The notes under the pieces are model-generated. The model ran no database searches. It was not told the origin of the DNA and saw only the letters and a program-made list of their open reading frames with translations. A DNA stretch of 64,000 nucleotides from assembly GCA_950097015.1 (NCBI GenBank), contig CATNEN010000007.1, positions 6,014,001 through 6,078,000 of the forward strand. Direction: 5' to 3'. The stretch comes from Macrostomum hystrix. Lineage: Eukaryota; Animalia; Platyhelminthes. Numbering within the stretch: position 1 is the stretch's first letter; every line of letters starts with the position of its first letter. Below are positions 24,652 through 37,990 of the stretch, in pieces. A program made the position numbers and the translations under genes.

Positions 24652-27600
24652 CTAGATCTAAGCTACATTGGAACTGGATCTAAGCTATAATGGAACTGGA
24701 TCTAAGCTATATTGGAACTAGATCTAAGCTATATTGGAACTGGATCTAAGCTATAATGGAACTGGATCTAAGCTATATTGGAACTGGATCTAAGCTATAT
24801 TGGAACTAGATCTAAGCTATATTGGAACTGGATCTAAGCTATAATGGAACTGGATCTAAGCTATATTGGAACTGGATCTAAGCTATATTGGAACTGGATC
24901 TAAGCTATAATGGAACTGGATCTAAGCTATATTGGAACTGGATCTAAGCTATAATGGAACTGGATCTAAGCTATAATGGAACTGGATCTAAGCTATATTG
25001 GAACTGGATCTAAGCTACATTGGAACTGGATCTAAGCTATATTGGAACTGGATCTAAGCTATAATGGAACTGGATCTAAGCTATATTGGAACTGGATCTA
25101 AGCTATATTGGAACTGGATCTAAGCTATATTGGAACTGGATCTAAGCTACATTGGAACTGGATCTAAGCTATAATGGAACTGGATCTAAGCTATATTGGA
25201 ACTGGATCTAAGCTACATTGGAACTGGATCTAAGCTATATTGGAACTGGATCTAAGCTATAATGGAACTGGATCTAAGCTATATTGGAACTGGATCTAAG
25301 CTATATTGGAACTGGATCTAAGCTATAATGGAACTGGATCTAAGCTATATTGGAACTGGATCTAAGCTATAATGGAACTGGATCTAAGCTATAATGGAAC
25401 TGGATCTAAGCTATATTGGAACTGGATCTAAGCTACATTGGAACTGGATCTAAGCTATATTGGAACTGGATCTAAGCTATAATGGAACTGGATCTAAGCT
25501 ATATTGGAACTGGATCTAAGCTATATTGGAACTGGATCTAAGCTATATTGGAACTGGATCTAAGCTACATTGGAACTGGATCTAAGCTATAATGGAACTG
25601 GATCTAAGCTATATTGGAACTGGATCTAAGCTATATTGGAACTGGATCTAAGCTATAATGGAACTGGATCTAAGCTATATTGGAACTGGATCTAAGCTAT
25701 ATTGGAACTGGATCTAAGCTATATTGGAACTGGATCTAAGCTATATTGGAACTGGATCTAAGCTATATTGGAACTGGATCTAAGCTATATTGGAACTGGA
25801 TCTAAGCTACATTGGAACTGGATCTAAGCTATATTGGAACTGGATCTAAGCTATATTGGAACTGGATCTAAGCTATATTGGAACTGGATCTAAGCTATAA
25901 TGGAACTGGATCTAAGCTATATTGGAACTGGATCTAAGCTATATTGGAACTGGATCTAAGCTATATTGGAACTGGATCTAAGCTATATTGGAACTGGATC
26001 TAAGCTACATTGGAACTGGATCTAAGCTATAATGGAACTGGATCTAAGCTATATTGGAACTGGATCTAAGCTACATTGGAACTGGATCTAAGCTATAATG
26101 GAACTGGATCTAAGCTATATTGGAACTGGATCTAAGCTATATTGGAACTGGATCTAAGCTATAATGGAACTGGATCTAAGCTATATTGGAACTGGATCTA
26201 AGCTATATTGGAACTGGATCTAAGCTATATTGGAACTAGATCTAAGCTATATTGGAACTGGATCTAAGCTATATTGGAACTGGATCTAAGCTATATTGGA
26301 ACTGGATCTAAGCTATATTGGAACTAGATCTAAGCTATATTGGAACTGGATCTAAGCTATATTGGAACTAGATCTAAGCTATATTGGAACTGGATCTAAG
26401 CTATATTGGAACTGGATCTAAGCTATATTGGAACTGGATCTAAGCTATATTGGAACTGGATCTAAGCTATATTGGAACTGGATCTAAGCTATATTGGAAC
26501 TGGATATAAGCTATATTGGAACTGGATCTAAGCTATATTGGAACTGGATCTAAGCTATATTGGAACTAGATCTAAGCTATATTGGAACTGGATCTAAGCT
26601 ATATTGGAACTGGATCTAAGCTATATTGGAACTGGATCTAAACTATATTGGAACTGGATCTAAGCTATATTGGAACTGGATCTAAGCTATATTGGAACTG
26701 GATCTAAGCTATATTGGAACTGGATCTAAGCTATATTGGAACTGGATCTAAGCTATATTGGAACTGGATCTAAGCTATATTGGAACTAGATCTAAGCTAT
26801 ATTGGAACTAGATCTAAACTATATTGGAACTGGATCTAAGCTATATTGGAACTGGATCTAAGCTATATTGGAACTAGATCTAAGCTATATTGGAACTGGA
26901 TCTAAGCTATATTGGAACTGGATCTAAGCTATATTGGAACTGGATCTAAGCTATATTGGAACTGGATCTAAGCTATAATGGAACTGGATCTAAGCTATAT
27001 TGGAACTGGATCTAAGCTATATTGGAACTGGATCTAAGCTATATTGGAACTAGATCTAAGCTATATTGGAACTGGATCTAAGCTATATTGGAACTGGATC
27101 TAAGCTATATTGGAACTAAGCTATATTGGAACTAGATCTAAGCTATATTGGAACTGGATCTAAGCTATATTGGAACTGGATCTAAGCTATATTGGAACTG
27201 GATCTAAGCTATATTGGAACTGGATCTAAGCTATATTGGAACTGGATCTAAGCTATATTGGAACTGGATCTAAGCTATATTGGAACTGGATCTAAGCTAT
27301 ATTGGAACTGGATCTAAGCTATATTGGAACTGGATCTAAGCTATATTGGAACTGGATCTAAGCTATATTGGAACTGGATCTAAGCTATATTGGAACTGGA
27401 TCTAAGCTATATTGGAACTGGATCTAAGCTATATTGGAACTGGATCTAAGCTATATTGGAACTGGATCTAAGCTATATTGGAACTGGATCTAAGCTATAT
27501 TGGAACTGGATCTAAGCTATATTGGAACTGGATCTAAGCTATATTGGAACTGGATCTAAGCTATATTGGAACTGGATCTAAGCTATATTGGAACTGGATC

Positions 27601-29035
27601 TAAGCTATATTGGAACTGGATCTAAGCTATATTGGAACTGGATCTAAGCTATATTGGAACTGGATCTAAGCTATATTGGAACTGGATCTAAGCTATATTG
27701 GAACTGGATCTAAGCTATATTGGAACTAGATCTAAGCTATATTGGAACTAGATCTAAGCTATATTGGAACTGGATCTAAGCTATATTGGAACTGGATCTA
27801 AGCTATATTGGAACTAGGATCTAAGCTATATTGGAACTGGATCTAAGCTATATTGGAACTGGATCTAAGCTATATTGGAACTAGATCTAAGCTATATTGG
27901 AACTGGATCTAAGCTATATTGGAACTGGATCTAAGCTATATTGGAACTGGATCTAAGCTATATTGGAACTGGATCTAAGCTATATTGGAACTGGATCTAA
28001 GCTATATTGGAACTGGATCTAAGCTATATTGGAACTGGATCTAAGCTACTATTGGAACTGGATCTAAGCTATATTGGAACTGGATCTAAGCTATATTGGA
28101 ACTGGATCTAAGCTATATTGGAACTGGATCTAAGCTATATTGGAACTGGATCTAAGCTATATTGGAACTGGATCTAAGCTATATTGGAACTGGATCTAAG
28201 CTATATTGGAACTGGATCTAAGCTATATTGGAACTGGATCTAAGCTATATTGGAACTGGATCTAAACTATATTGGAACTGGATCTAAGCTATATTGGAAC
28301 TGGATCTAAGCTATATTGGAACTAGATCTAAGCTATATTGGAACTGGATCTAAGCTATATTGGAACTAGATCTAAGCTATATTGGAACTGGATCTAAGCT
28401 ATATTGGAACTAGATCTAAGCTATATTGGAACTGGATCTAAGCTATATTGGAACTGGATCTAAGCTATATTGGAACTGGATCTAAGCTATATTGGAACTA
28501 GATCTAAGCTATATTGGAACTGGATCTAAGCTATATTGGAACTGGATCTAAGCTATATTGGAACTGGATCTAAGCTATATTGGAACTGGATCTAAGCTAT
28601 ATTGGAACTAGATCTAAGCTATATTGGAACTGGATCTAAGCTATATTGGAACTGGATCTAAGCTATATTGGAACTAGATCTAAGCTATATTGGAACTGGA
28701 TCTAAGCTATATTGGAACTGGATCTAAGCTATATTGGAACTAGATCTAAGCTATATTGGAACTGGATCTAAGCTATATTGGAACTGGATCTAAGCTATAT
28801 TGGAACTAGATCTAAGCTATATTGGAACTGGATCTAAGCTATATTGGAACTAGATCTAAGCTATATTGGAACTAGATCTAAGCTATATTGGAACTAGATC
28901 TAAGCTATATTGGAACTGGATCTAAGCTATATTGGAACTGGATCTAAGCTATATTGGAACTGGATCTAAGCTATATTGGAACTGGATCTAAGCTATATTG
29001 GAACTAGATCTAAGCTATATTGGAACTATATTGGA
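24652..29035. repeat. 22-bp minisatellite (gatctaagctatattggaactg), ~4.4 kb
   Basis: About 200 tandem copies with SNP variants. Confidence 0.98.
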
Positions 29036-29972
29036 ACTAGATCTCAGTTAGATATTATGGAACTAGATCTCAGTTAGATGTAATGGAATTAGATCTCAGT
29101 TAGATGTAATGGAATTAGATCTCAGTTAGATGTAATGGAATTAGATCTCAGTTAGATGTAAAGGAATTAAATCTCAGTTAGATTTAATGGAACTAGATCT
29201 CAGTTAGATGTAATGGAACTAGATCTCAGTTAGATGTAATGGAACTAGATCTCAGCTGGATATTGAAGGAACTAGATCTCAGCTGGATATAATGGAACTA
29301 GATCTCAGTTAGATTTTAATGGAACTAGATCTCAGCTGGATATAATGGAACTAGATCTCAGCTGGATATAATGGAACTAGATCTCAGCTGGATATAATGG
29401 AACTAGATCTCAGCTGGATATAATGGAACTAGATCTCAGCTGGATATAATGGAACTAGATCTCAGCTGGATATAATGGAACTAGATCTCAGCTGGATATA
29501 ATGGAACTAGATCTCAGCTGGATATAATGGAACTAGATCTCAGCTGGATATAATGGAACTAGATCTCAGCTGGATATAATGGAACTAGATCTCAGTTAGA
29601 TTTTAATGGAACTAGATCTCAGCTGGATATAATGGAACTAGATCTCAGCTGGATATAATGGAACTAGATCTCAGCTGGATATAATGGAACTAGATCTCAG
29701 CTGGATATAATGGAACTAGATCTCAGCTGGATATAATGGAACTAGATCTCAGCTGGATATAATGGAACTAGATCTCAGCTGGATATAATGGAACTAGATC
29801 TCAGCTGGATATAATGGAACTAGATCTCAGCTGGATATAATGGAACTAGATCTCAGCTGGATATAATGGAACTAGATCTCAGCTGGATATAATGGAACTA
29901 GATCTCAGCTGGATATAATGGAACTAGATCTCAGCTGGATATAATGGAACTAGATCTCAGCTGGATATTGAA
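29036..29972. repeat. 26-bp minisatellite (gatctcagctggatataatggaacta), related to the adjacent 22-mer
   Basis: About 36 copies; shares gatct.agct and t.ggaact with the 22-mer. Confidence 0.97.
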
Positions 29973-30052
29973 ACTCATTGGAATTAAAGTCTCAGCAAAG
30001 AGTAGACAAAAGGCTTATTTCGTTCTCAGCCGTACTCAGCTCAGACAGGAAA

Positions 30053-32366
30053 ATGCTTAACCAATTGCAGGAGGTGCCGGCCGGCCCCATCACCTGCTTC
30101 CGCAACTGCCTGTCGCTCCGCGGCGGCTGCCTGACTCCGCAGGATGTCTGGGTGCGCGACGGCCGCGTGCTGGACTCGCTGCGTGTCTTCTACGAGGAGC
30201 GTCGCGGCCCCATCGAGTTTGTGGACTGCGGTGGCAACATCCTGGCCCCGGGCTTCATCGATGTTCAGGTGCTCCGCCTCCTAATGCTTGTGGTCATTGC
30301 CGTCTGTTCATTTCCCCCACCCATATTTATATTGTTGTGGTTCACCTACATGTGCAGGTAGGCCTACAGCTAGGTTGGGTAAGCTGCGACTCCCCAGGTC
30401 CCCAGAAAAGCGCCACTCGACCCGCGTCCGGAGGAATGACAGACAGAAACAACAGACTCACAGTATCTCGGCTGATGCAACAGTTAGTAGCCGGTCGGTG
30501 TTAATTGCACTAAAATAGACAGTCTCGTAACAGGTGGGCAGACGAGGTTAGCAGGGTCTAATTAACTGGGCACAACTATATAGTTAGGTTGGCACCACAG
30601 AACTCCGGGCTTTAGCGACAAAACAAACAGGGGTGGGGTAAGAGAGCGCGCAAGGCGGGTGAGATGTACATTCAACAATTAGGGGTAGGTTGGGGCGATC
30701 GATACATATGAACTGGGGTGGGGGGCACGCTAGCCGACTGGCGGGGCAGGGAATGAGAAAGAGATAAAAATGATAGGGCAGAGGTGAGGGCTGCGTCACA
30801 ACAATATAGGTCATTGTGTGTTCATTACCACTCCACCCTGTATCTTAAAGATCCAGTCATTTGCCCTCCATCCAGCGTCTTAGTAGATCCGGTCATTACC
30901 CATCCACCCAGCATCTTAGTAGATCCGGTCATTTCCCATCCACCCAGCATCTTAGTAGATCCGGTCATTTCCCATCCACCCAGCATCTTAGTAGATCCGG
31001 TCAACCACTTCATTTAGCTGCTTGGTTGAATTAATTAGTTAATTATATGGCGAATTCCTATCCAGGTGAATGGCGGCCTTGGCTACGACTTCTCGGCAGC
31101 GTCCGACGACGCCGAATTCCGCAAATCATTGGACGCAGTCGCCCGCGACCTTCTCCGCCAGGGCGTCACTGCCTTCTGCCCAACCCTCATCAGCAGCGAC
31201 CCCGCCGCCTACCGCCGGGTCTTGGCGCCCGGCCGGCCGCCGCTCGTCACGCTCGGCTCGCTGAACGCAGCTGCCGTGCTCGGCCTTCACCTGGAAGGCC
31301 CGTTCATCAGCGCCGACAAGAGCGGCATGCATCCCAGGCGGTGGCTTCGGCAGGACTGCGGCGCTGGCATGGCTGAGCTGTGCAGCGTCTATGGCACCGA
31401 CGACTTCAGGTGTGCTTTTAGAAGTAAAATGCCGGTATAGAATAAAAAACTGAAATCGCAACACAGATCACTAGTGTGGCCAGATGTACAGTCTGTGGCA
31501 CAGCCGCAGCTCTTGCGCTTCCTAAGTCTGCGTACAGCTCTTCAGTCCATGGCCCGGAGGTTTTTCCTTGGGTCAAGATTCGAACTTAAGACCTCTCAGA
31601 CGTCCACTGGGCTGACCACTGGGCTGCAAAGTGCTAGTCGTAGATCGGGCTAATTAATTGATCAGCAACGTGAATTCGCATATTTCAATTCTTAAACCCC
31701 AGCCAGGTTGCCATGGTAACGCTGGCTCCAGAGCTGCCCGGCGCCCTGGACGCTGTGCGCGGCCTCCGCAACCTTGGCGTTCGCGTCAGCCTCGGCCACT
31801 CGGCGGCCTCTTTAGAAATCGGCGAATCCGCCGTAGTCGCCGGGGCCAGCATGCTGACGCACCTGTTCAGCGCAATGGGCCCGTTCCATCATCGACAGCC
31901 GCACCTGCCCGGCCTTCTGGTTAGCGAGGCCGTCCGCCAGCCCGTGTACTACGGCCTCATCGCCGACTGCGACCATACCCACCCGGCCACGCTGCGGCTC
32001 GCCTGGCGCTCCAGTTTCCCGGGCCTCGTCCTGGTCAGCGATGCCTGCCCGGCGCGCGGCCTGCCGCCCGGCCGGCACACCTTCGGCGGCGTCGATGTCG
32101 ACGTTACTGGCGGCCTGTGCCGACTGGCGGGCTCGGACACCCTGGCTGGCAGCATGGTCACCCTGGCCGACTGTGTGCAGCGGATGCACCTGGCCGGAGT
32201 CTGCCCGCCTGAGCGTACCCTGGAGGCCGCCTCGCTGCATCCGGCCGACATGCTCGGCCTGCTAGACCGCGGCCGCATCGAGCCTGGCGCCCTGGCCGAC
32301 TTCGTCCTGCTGGACTCCGACCTGCGCGTGTTGCGTACTTTTGTTCGCGGCCGGCCGGTTGTGTGA
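30053..32366 (+). CDS. AMDHD2: N-acetylglucosamine-6-phosphate deacetylase
   Basis: Exons 30053-30268, 31066-31409, 31703-32366. Motifs LAPGFIDVQVNGG, GVTAFCPT, HLEGPFI, VTLAPE, SLGHS, THLFSAM, LVSDA, TLAGS, G.I..G..ADFV. Confidence 0.96.
30333..30803. mobile_element. Solo LTR (471 bp), probably Ty3/gypsy, in AMDHD2 intron 1
   Basis: TGTTGTG...CACAACA termini with 4-bp direct repeat ATAT (30329-32 / 30804-07). Confidence 0.75.
30848..31003. repeat. 36-bp minisatellite x~4
   Basis: gtagatccggtcatttcccatccacccagcatctta tandem copies. Confidence 0.9.
31495..31630 (-). mobile_element. Degenerate, internally deleted SINE B fragment
   Basis: cacagccgcagct...ctgcgtacagctcttcagtccatgg matches the SINE B 3' part; degenerate head follows. 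Confidence 0.55.
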
Positions 32367-32502
32367 GAATTGGCCGTGCCCGCATCTCCACCACCCACGT
32401 GCAATCTGGAGCATTGGTTGCTAATTTCATCGCAGATTTTTCTTTTTAACTTTTAATCAATTTTTAATGACATAGAATCAAAAGTCTATTCACCTCAATT
32501 GT

Positions 32503-32902
32503 ACAGGTGTGACACACCCAGGTTGATCTTGGTTCTACAGGTGTGACACACCCAGGTTGATCTTGATTCTGCAGGTGTGACACACCCAGGTTGATCTTGA
32601 TTCTGCAGGTGTGACACACCCAGGTTGATCTTGATTCTGCAGGTGTGACACACCCAGGTTGATCTTGATTCTGCAGGTGTGACACACTCAGGTTGATCTT
32701 GATTCTGCAGGTGTGACACACCCAGGTTGATCTTGATTCTACAGGTGTGACTCACCCAGGTTGATCTTGATTCTGCAGGTGTGACACACCCAGGTTGATC
32801 TTGATTCTGCAGGTGTGACACACCCAGGTTGATCTTGATTCTGCAGGTGTGACACACCCAGGTTGATCTTGGTTCTTCAGGTGTGACTCACACAGGTTGA
32901 CC
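32503..32902. repeat. 34-bp minisatellite (caggtgtgacacacccaggttgatcttgattctg) x~12
   Basis: Tandem copies between AMDHD2 and ZMPSTE24. Confidence 0.95.
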
Positions 32903-33232
32903 TAGATTTTGCGTTTCCGATTGATTTATCTCTTTTAGTCCCAACGAAGATGTATATTTAGTGCGTTTCATTAACTTCTTCATCTTCATTAGATGTTTCT
33001 GTTACTGATGCGCACTGCAAAGTTTCTTTCATTAGTTAATTTATTATTATGTTGAACCTTTCAAATTGTAATTGTAGCAATAGTATTATAGAAATTTACC
33101 CATAATTATTTATTCGAAAAATGAAAACTAATTTTTACTTAAATTTCTACTGTTTATAAACTTTTCTAGATTATCGTGATTAGAAATGCCTTCAGATTAA
33201 GAGATCGAAGAAGCTACCGTGCAGTGACAGGA

Positions 33233-33560
33233 TAATAATAATAATAATAATTGCAGGAGGGCTGCGGGCAATGGCACATCATTTAGTGACACTAGACCCG
33301 CAGCCAGCGAGGAGGCAATTCTGCACATTTCGCTGACTCCTGAGCACGCACGCACACAGATACTGTAAGCAGGCATACGCTCACACTAGTGTGTACATCT
33401 GCCCTGACTTTCTCATTGTCAGGCAGTGCACAACTAACTGTGCCTTGGAGGTTGGCCCACAAGGGCTGTGCCCCAAATAAATGTGGCCTCGCCGTGGAAT
33501 CGAACTTAGGGACCGTGGTGCGAGAGGCAAACGCGATAACCGCTCTGCCACCGATCCCCC
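33233..33560 (-). mobile_element. SINE family A copy with (ATT)n tail and an internal deletion
   Basis: High identity to 62099-62426; tail (taa)n at the left, tRNA head at the right. Confidence 0.9.
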
Positions 33561-33727
33561 TGCAGTGACAGGATGCTTCAGTTTTCATTCCTTTCTTTAT
33601 TTTTGCATTCGTCAACAGGCTACTATTGACTTTAGATACTACTTATTAGATGCGTCAAGTGAGTAGTTACTGTAATAAAGTAACATTGGAATTAAAACTC
33701 TGTTGCAGCACAAAGCCCTCTGTAAGC

Positions 33728-36109
33728 ATGTCCGACCCAGCTGAGTCCAACGCCCTCTCCAACTGGCTCAACACTGTACCGCCTGAGCGCATCTTCTGCG
33801 GAGTTCTCTGCTTCTTCTGGCTGACCTACCTGTGGGAGAGCTACCTGGGCTGGCGGCAGCACAGGCTCATGCGCGACTCTCCTGACCTGCCAGAGGCAGC
33901 CAAGCCGCTCATGGACGCCGAGACCTATGCCAAGGCGAGATCTTACAGCATCGACAGGAGCCGCTACGGGGCCATTCGCGGGCTCTGGTCCCAGCTGCTC
34001 TTCACCGTCATCCTGCTCCTACAGCTCATGCCCCGCCTGTGGGCCGCTGCTGGCAGCCACCTGGACTCCATAGCTGGCCCAGCTGACCGCGGACAGCTGC
34101 CCCAGTCCATGCTGTTCCTTATCTACGTGATGCTGCTGTCCTTTATTGTCGACCTGCCCTGGTCCGTGTACAAAATCTTCGTCCTGGAGGCCCGGCACGG
34201 CTTCAACAAGCAGACGCCGGCCTTCTACGCCAAGGACCAGGTGAAGGGCCTCCTTGTCGGCATGGCCATCGGCCTGCCGATTGCCGCCGCCCTACTGTGG
34301 CTGATCGAGCGAGGTGGGCCGTATTTCTACGTGTACGCCTGGCTGCTCGCTTCCGTCATCACCTTCGCTCTCATCTGCGTGTATCCCAGTGTTATTGCGC
34401 CACTCTTTGATCGCTACGAGCCGCTGCGCGAGGGCCAGCTGAAACAGCGCATTGAGGACCTAGCCAGGCGGCTGAAATTCCCTCTGACTCAGCTGCTGGT
34501 AAGCAAATTGTGGGTCGGGTGGTTAGTTGGCAAGAAGGCATGAAGTCCTTGAGTTCTGCAGGTTCGTTTTGAGGCCTGGGGTTGGCTGAGAGGTGTGAGT
34601 TTGTCTAAGAGGCCTGGGCATTGGCTTAGAGGCCTGAGGATGGCTGAGAGGCCTGGGATTGGCTGAGGGGTGTGGGGTTGGCTGAGGGGTGTGGGGTTGG
34701 CTGAGAGGCCTGGGGTTGGCTGAGAGGTGTGGGGTTGGCTGAGAGGCCTGGGATGGTTTTTGGTTTGGTTGAGTAGCATATAAGTTATCTGGCTAGAAGG
34801 CTTAGGGTTGGTTGTTGATGTAGAGGTAGGTTTATCCTACACCGATACGCACCTCAACCGTGCAGGTTGTGGAGGGCTCCCGCCGCTCGGCTCACAGCAA
34901 CGCCTATCTGTTTGGGCTGTGGCGCAGCAAGCGCATTGTGCTATTCGACACCCTCATTGAAGGCTATCAGATGGAGTCGGAGAAGAAGAAGGCTGAGGCC
35001 GCGGAGGAAGAGAAAAAGAAGAGGGCCGGAAGTGACGAGAAGGCCGAAGAGGAGTCAGCTGAGAAGGAGAAGGCTGCTGAGAAAAAGAGGGCCAAGGGCT
35101 GCAACGAAGAGGAGATCCTGGCTGTGCTGGGCCACGAGCTGGGCCACTGGTCGCTAGGCCATAACGTCTCCAACATAGTCATCAGCGAGGCCAACATGTT
35201 CCTGCTGTTCTTCGCATTCGGCCAGCTCATGAACTGGCACTCGGCGTTTGCCGCCTTCGGCTTCGAGCAGCCAGCGCCGCTGCTGCTGCGCTTGGCCTTC
35301 GTGTTCGAGTTCCTGCTGTCGCCCTACAATGAGCTGCTGGGCTTCGCCATGATCTGCCTGACTCGCCTGTTCGAGTTTCAGGTTTGTGAAGGCTCCTTCC
35401 AATGAGCTGTTGTCACTTGGCGATTCTCATTTGGCGATATTGGAAGTTCAGCCAGAGCCCATTCCGCCAACCCCTGAGCACACGCAATCATACTCACACT
35501 CCACACGTCTGTACATGTGCCCTGACTTTCTCATCGTCAGGCTCTGTGCACACTCTCGCTGTCCCTGATGCGGGGTGAGTGGCATTTCGATTCCGCGCCG
35601 AGCAGCCACATTAATTTGGGGCGCAGCCGCGGAGAGAAGGCTTGGGGGCTTTTCATGCAAGTTTACGCCATTGAGGACCAGCCTCCAATGCACACTGCCT
35701 GACGATGAGAAAGTCAGGGCAGCTGTACACACCTGTGTGCGTGGTGTGCTCAGGATCTGCGCTGGCTGCGGGTCTTCTGTCACCAAATGATATAATTTTT
35801 GTTAATTGTTGGCGTTACCGCTCCTGTACTCAAACACTTGAGTAATACACTAAGAGTTCGTTCGCCATGGAGTCTTATTGGACAGTGTGTATTTTATGTG
35901 AGTTTCTGCATTCTAAACAGGCGGACCGGTTCTCCGTGCGCCTCGGCTTCGGCGCCCAGTTGAAGACGGCGCTGATGAAGCTGCAGACAGACAATCTGTC
36001 TTATCCTCTGTTCGACCCGCTGTTCAGCGCCTTCAACCACTCGCATCCCACCGTGCTGCACCGGCTGGCCGCCATCGACCAGGCGCAGGCCGAGGCCAAG
36101 ACCCAGTAG
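33728..36109 (+). CDS. ZMPSTE24: CAAX prenyl protease 1 (ZMPSTE24/STE24, peptidase M48)
   Basis: Exons 33728-34498, 34866-35381, 35921-36109. Motifs WESYL..RQ, FVLEARHGFNKQT, EGSRRSAHSNAY, KRIVLFDTL, AVLGHELGHW (HExxH), FEFQADRF, HSHP..RL. Confidence 0.97.
34570..34755. repeat. ~19-bp G-rich minisatellite (ggctgagaggcctggggtt), intronic
   Basis: About 9 degenerate copies. Confidence 0.8.
35455..35790. mobile_element. Rearranged SINE A: minus-strand fragment followed by a plus-strand copy
   Basis: 35470-35545 (cctgagcacac...cctgactttctcatcgtcagg) is inverted relative to 35690-35760. Confidence 0.8.
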
Positions 36110-36922
36110 ACTGTTGTCCGTGTGGCCGGCAATCGAACTCATGACCTCACTAAGGTTTATAAACCATTTTCGTTTTGTTTTCCGTCTTTTCTTTGAATTT
36201 TTATTTCTAGTGCTGACTAAAAATCGATCGCTTGAAAAGACAATACTTTAGAAATATATTCAGATGGTCCTATTATTTAGCTAGCATTAACTTTAACCCC
36301 AATAAATACTATATATTCGCGTATATACATTGTATTTAATCGCATATTTACATCACTAATGTTTAACTTAACACAGGAGCATTAAATATGCGAAATTATC
36401 GTCAACAGCTGAACAAAGTTGGCTTTGTTTTCATTTTCATTTCTAAATTAACATTTTTCTTTCCAACTTGTGTCCCTTAATTTAGCAAAAGTAATATGAG
36501 AAGCAAATTATGAGTTTCATCGTGCTTAGTTGAGAATTGAGAACCTGGGCCAATTTTAATCATTCGTTCAAAATTTTTGTCTTTTTATCAAACGAATTAT
36601 TTAAAAAAATGGTTTGACTGTCAATACTAAAAAAGATGTATGACAGTGTAATCACACGCTCGTACTCACCCAATCGTATTTTGTCTAATCTAATGCTTTT
36701 CCTATCTAGTTTATTTATTTCATTTATTTTGTGCCAATAATAAATATATTTAAAAACATTATTTTTGTTTCGAAAAATTTCTAAATATTCGCTCATAGTT
36801 TCGTCCTCTTTGGACATAAATATACAGGTACACAAGGGTTTCAATAAAAAACCCGAAACTATGAATACTAATACGGGAAGATATGTTTCCTGGCCTGTTA
36901 ACCCTACAGTTCTTTATTTGCC

Positions 36923-37990
36923 TACTGTCAAATGGTTCTTGCTGGAGATGACTGTCAAATGGTCCTTGCTAGAAATCGACTGTCAAATGGTTCTTGCTGG
37001 AGATTGACTGTCAAATGATTCTTGCTAGAAATCGACTGTCAAATGGTCCTTGCTAGAAATCGACTGTCAAACGGTTCTTGCTGGAAGTCGACTGTCTAAC
37101 GGTTCTTGCTAGAAATCGACTGTCAAATGGTTCTTGCTAGAAATCGACTGTCAAATGGTTCTTGCTGGAAGTCGACTGTCAAATGGTTCTTGCTAGAAAT
37201 CGACTGTCAAATGGTTCTTGCTGGAAGTCGACTGTCAAATGGTTCTTGCTAGAAATCGACTGTCAAATGGTTCTTGCTGGAAGTCGACTGTCAAATGGTC
37301 CTTGCTAGAAATCGACTGTCAAACGGTTCTTGCTGGAAGTCGACTGTCTAACGGTTCTTGCTAGAAATCGACTGTCAAATGGTTCTTGCTGGAAGTCGAC
37401 TGTCAAATGGTTCTTGCTAGAAATCGACTGTCAAATGGTTCTTGCTGGAAGTCGACTGTCAAATGGTCCTTGCTAGAAATCGACTGTCAAACGGTTCTTG
37501 CTGGAAGTCGACTGTCTAACGGTTCTTGCTGGAAATCGACTGTCAAACGGTTCTTGCTGGAAGTCGACTGTCAAATGGTCCTTGCTAGAAATCGACTGTC
37601 AAATGGTTCTTGCTGGAAGTCGACTGTCAAATGGTCCTTGCTAGAAATCGACTGTCAAATGGTTCTTGCTGGAGATTGACTGTCAAACGGTTCTTGCTAG
37701 AAATCGACTGTCAAACGGTTCTTGCTGGAAGTCGACTGTCAAACGGTTCTTGTTAGAAATCGACTGCCAAACGGTTCTTGCTGGAAATCGACTGTCAAAC
37801 GGTTCTTGCTGGAAGACAACTGCCAAATGGTTCTTGCTAGAAATCGACTGTCAAACGGTTCTTGCTTGAAATCGACTGTCAAATGGTTCTTGCTGGAAAT
37901 CGACTGTCAAACGGTTCTTGCTGGAAGTCGACTGCCAAATGGTCCTTTCTAGAAATCGACTGTCAAATGGTTCTTGCTGGAGATTGAATG
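36923..37990. repeat. 28-bp minisatellite (gactgtcaaatggttcttgctagaaatc) x~38
   Basis: Tandem copies alternating agaaatc/ggaagtc variants. Confidence 0.96.

Noticed and set aside
24652-29972. CRISPR-like array
   Set aside because: Head-to-tail repeats without unique spacers, eukaryotic context, no cas genes.
34975-35100. E/K-rich insertion in ZMPSTE24
   Set aside because: Animal ZMPSTE24 proteins have a variable charged loop at this position.
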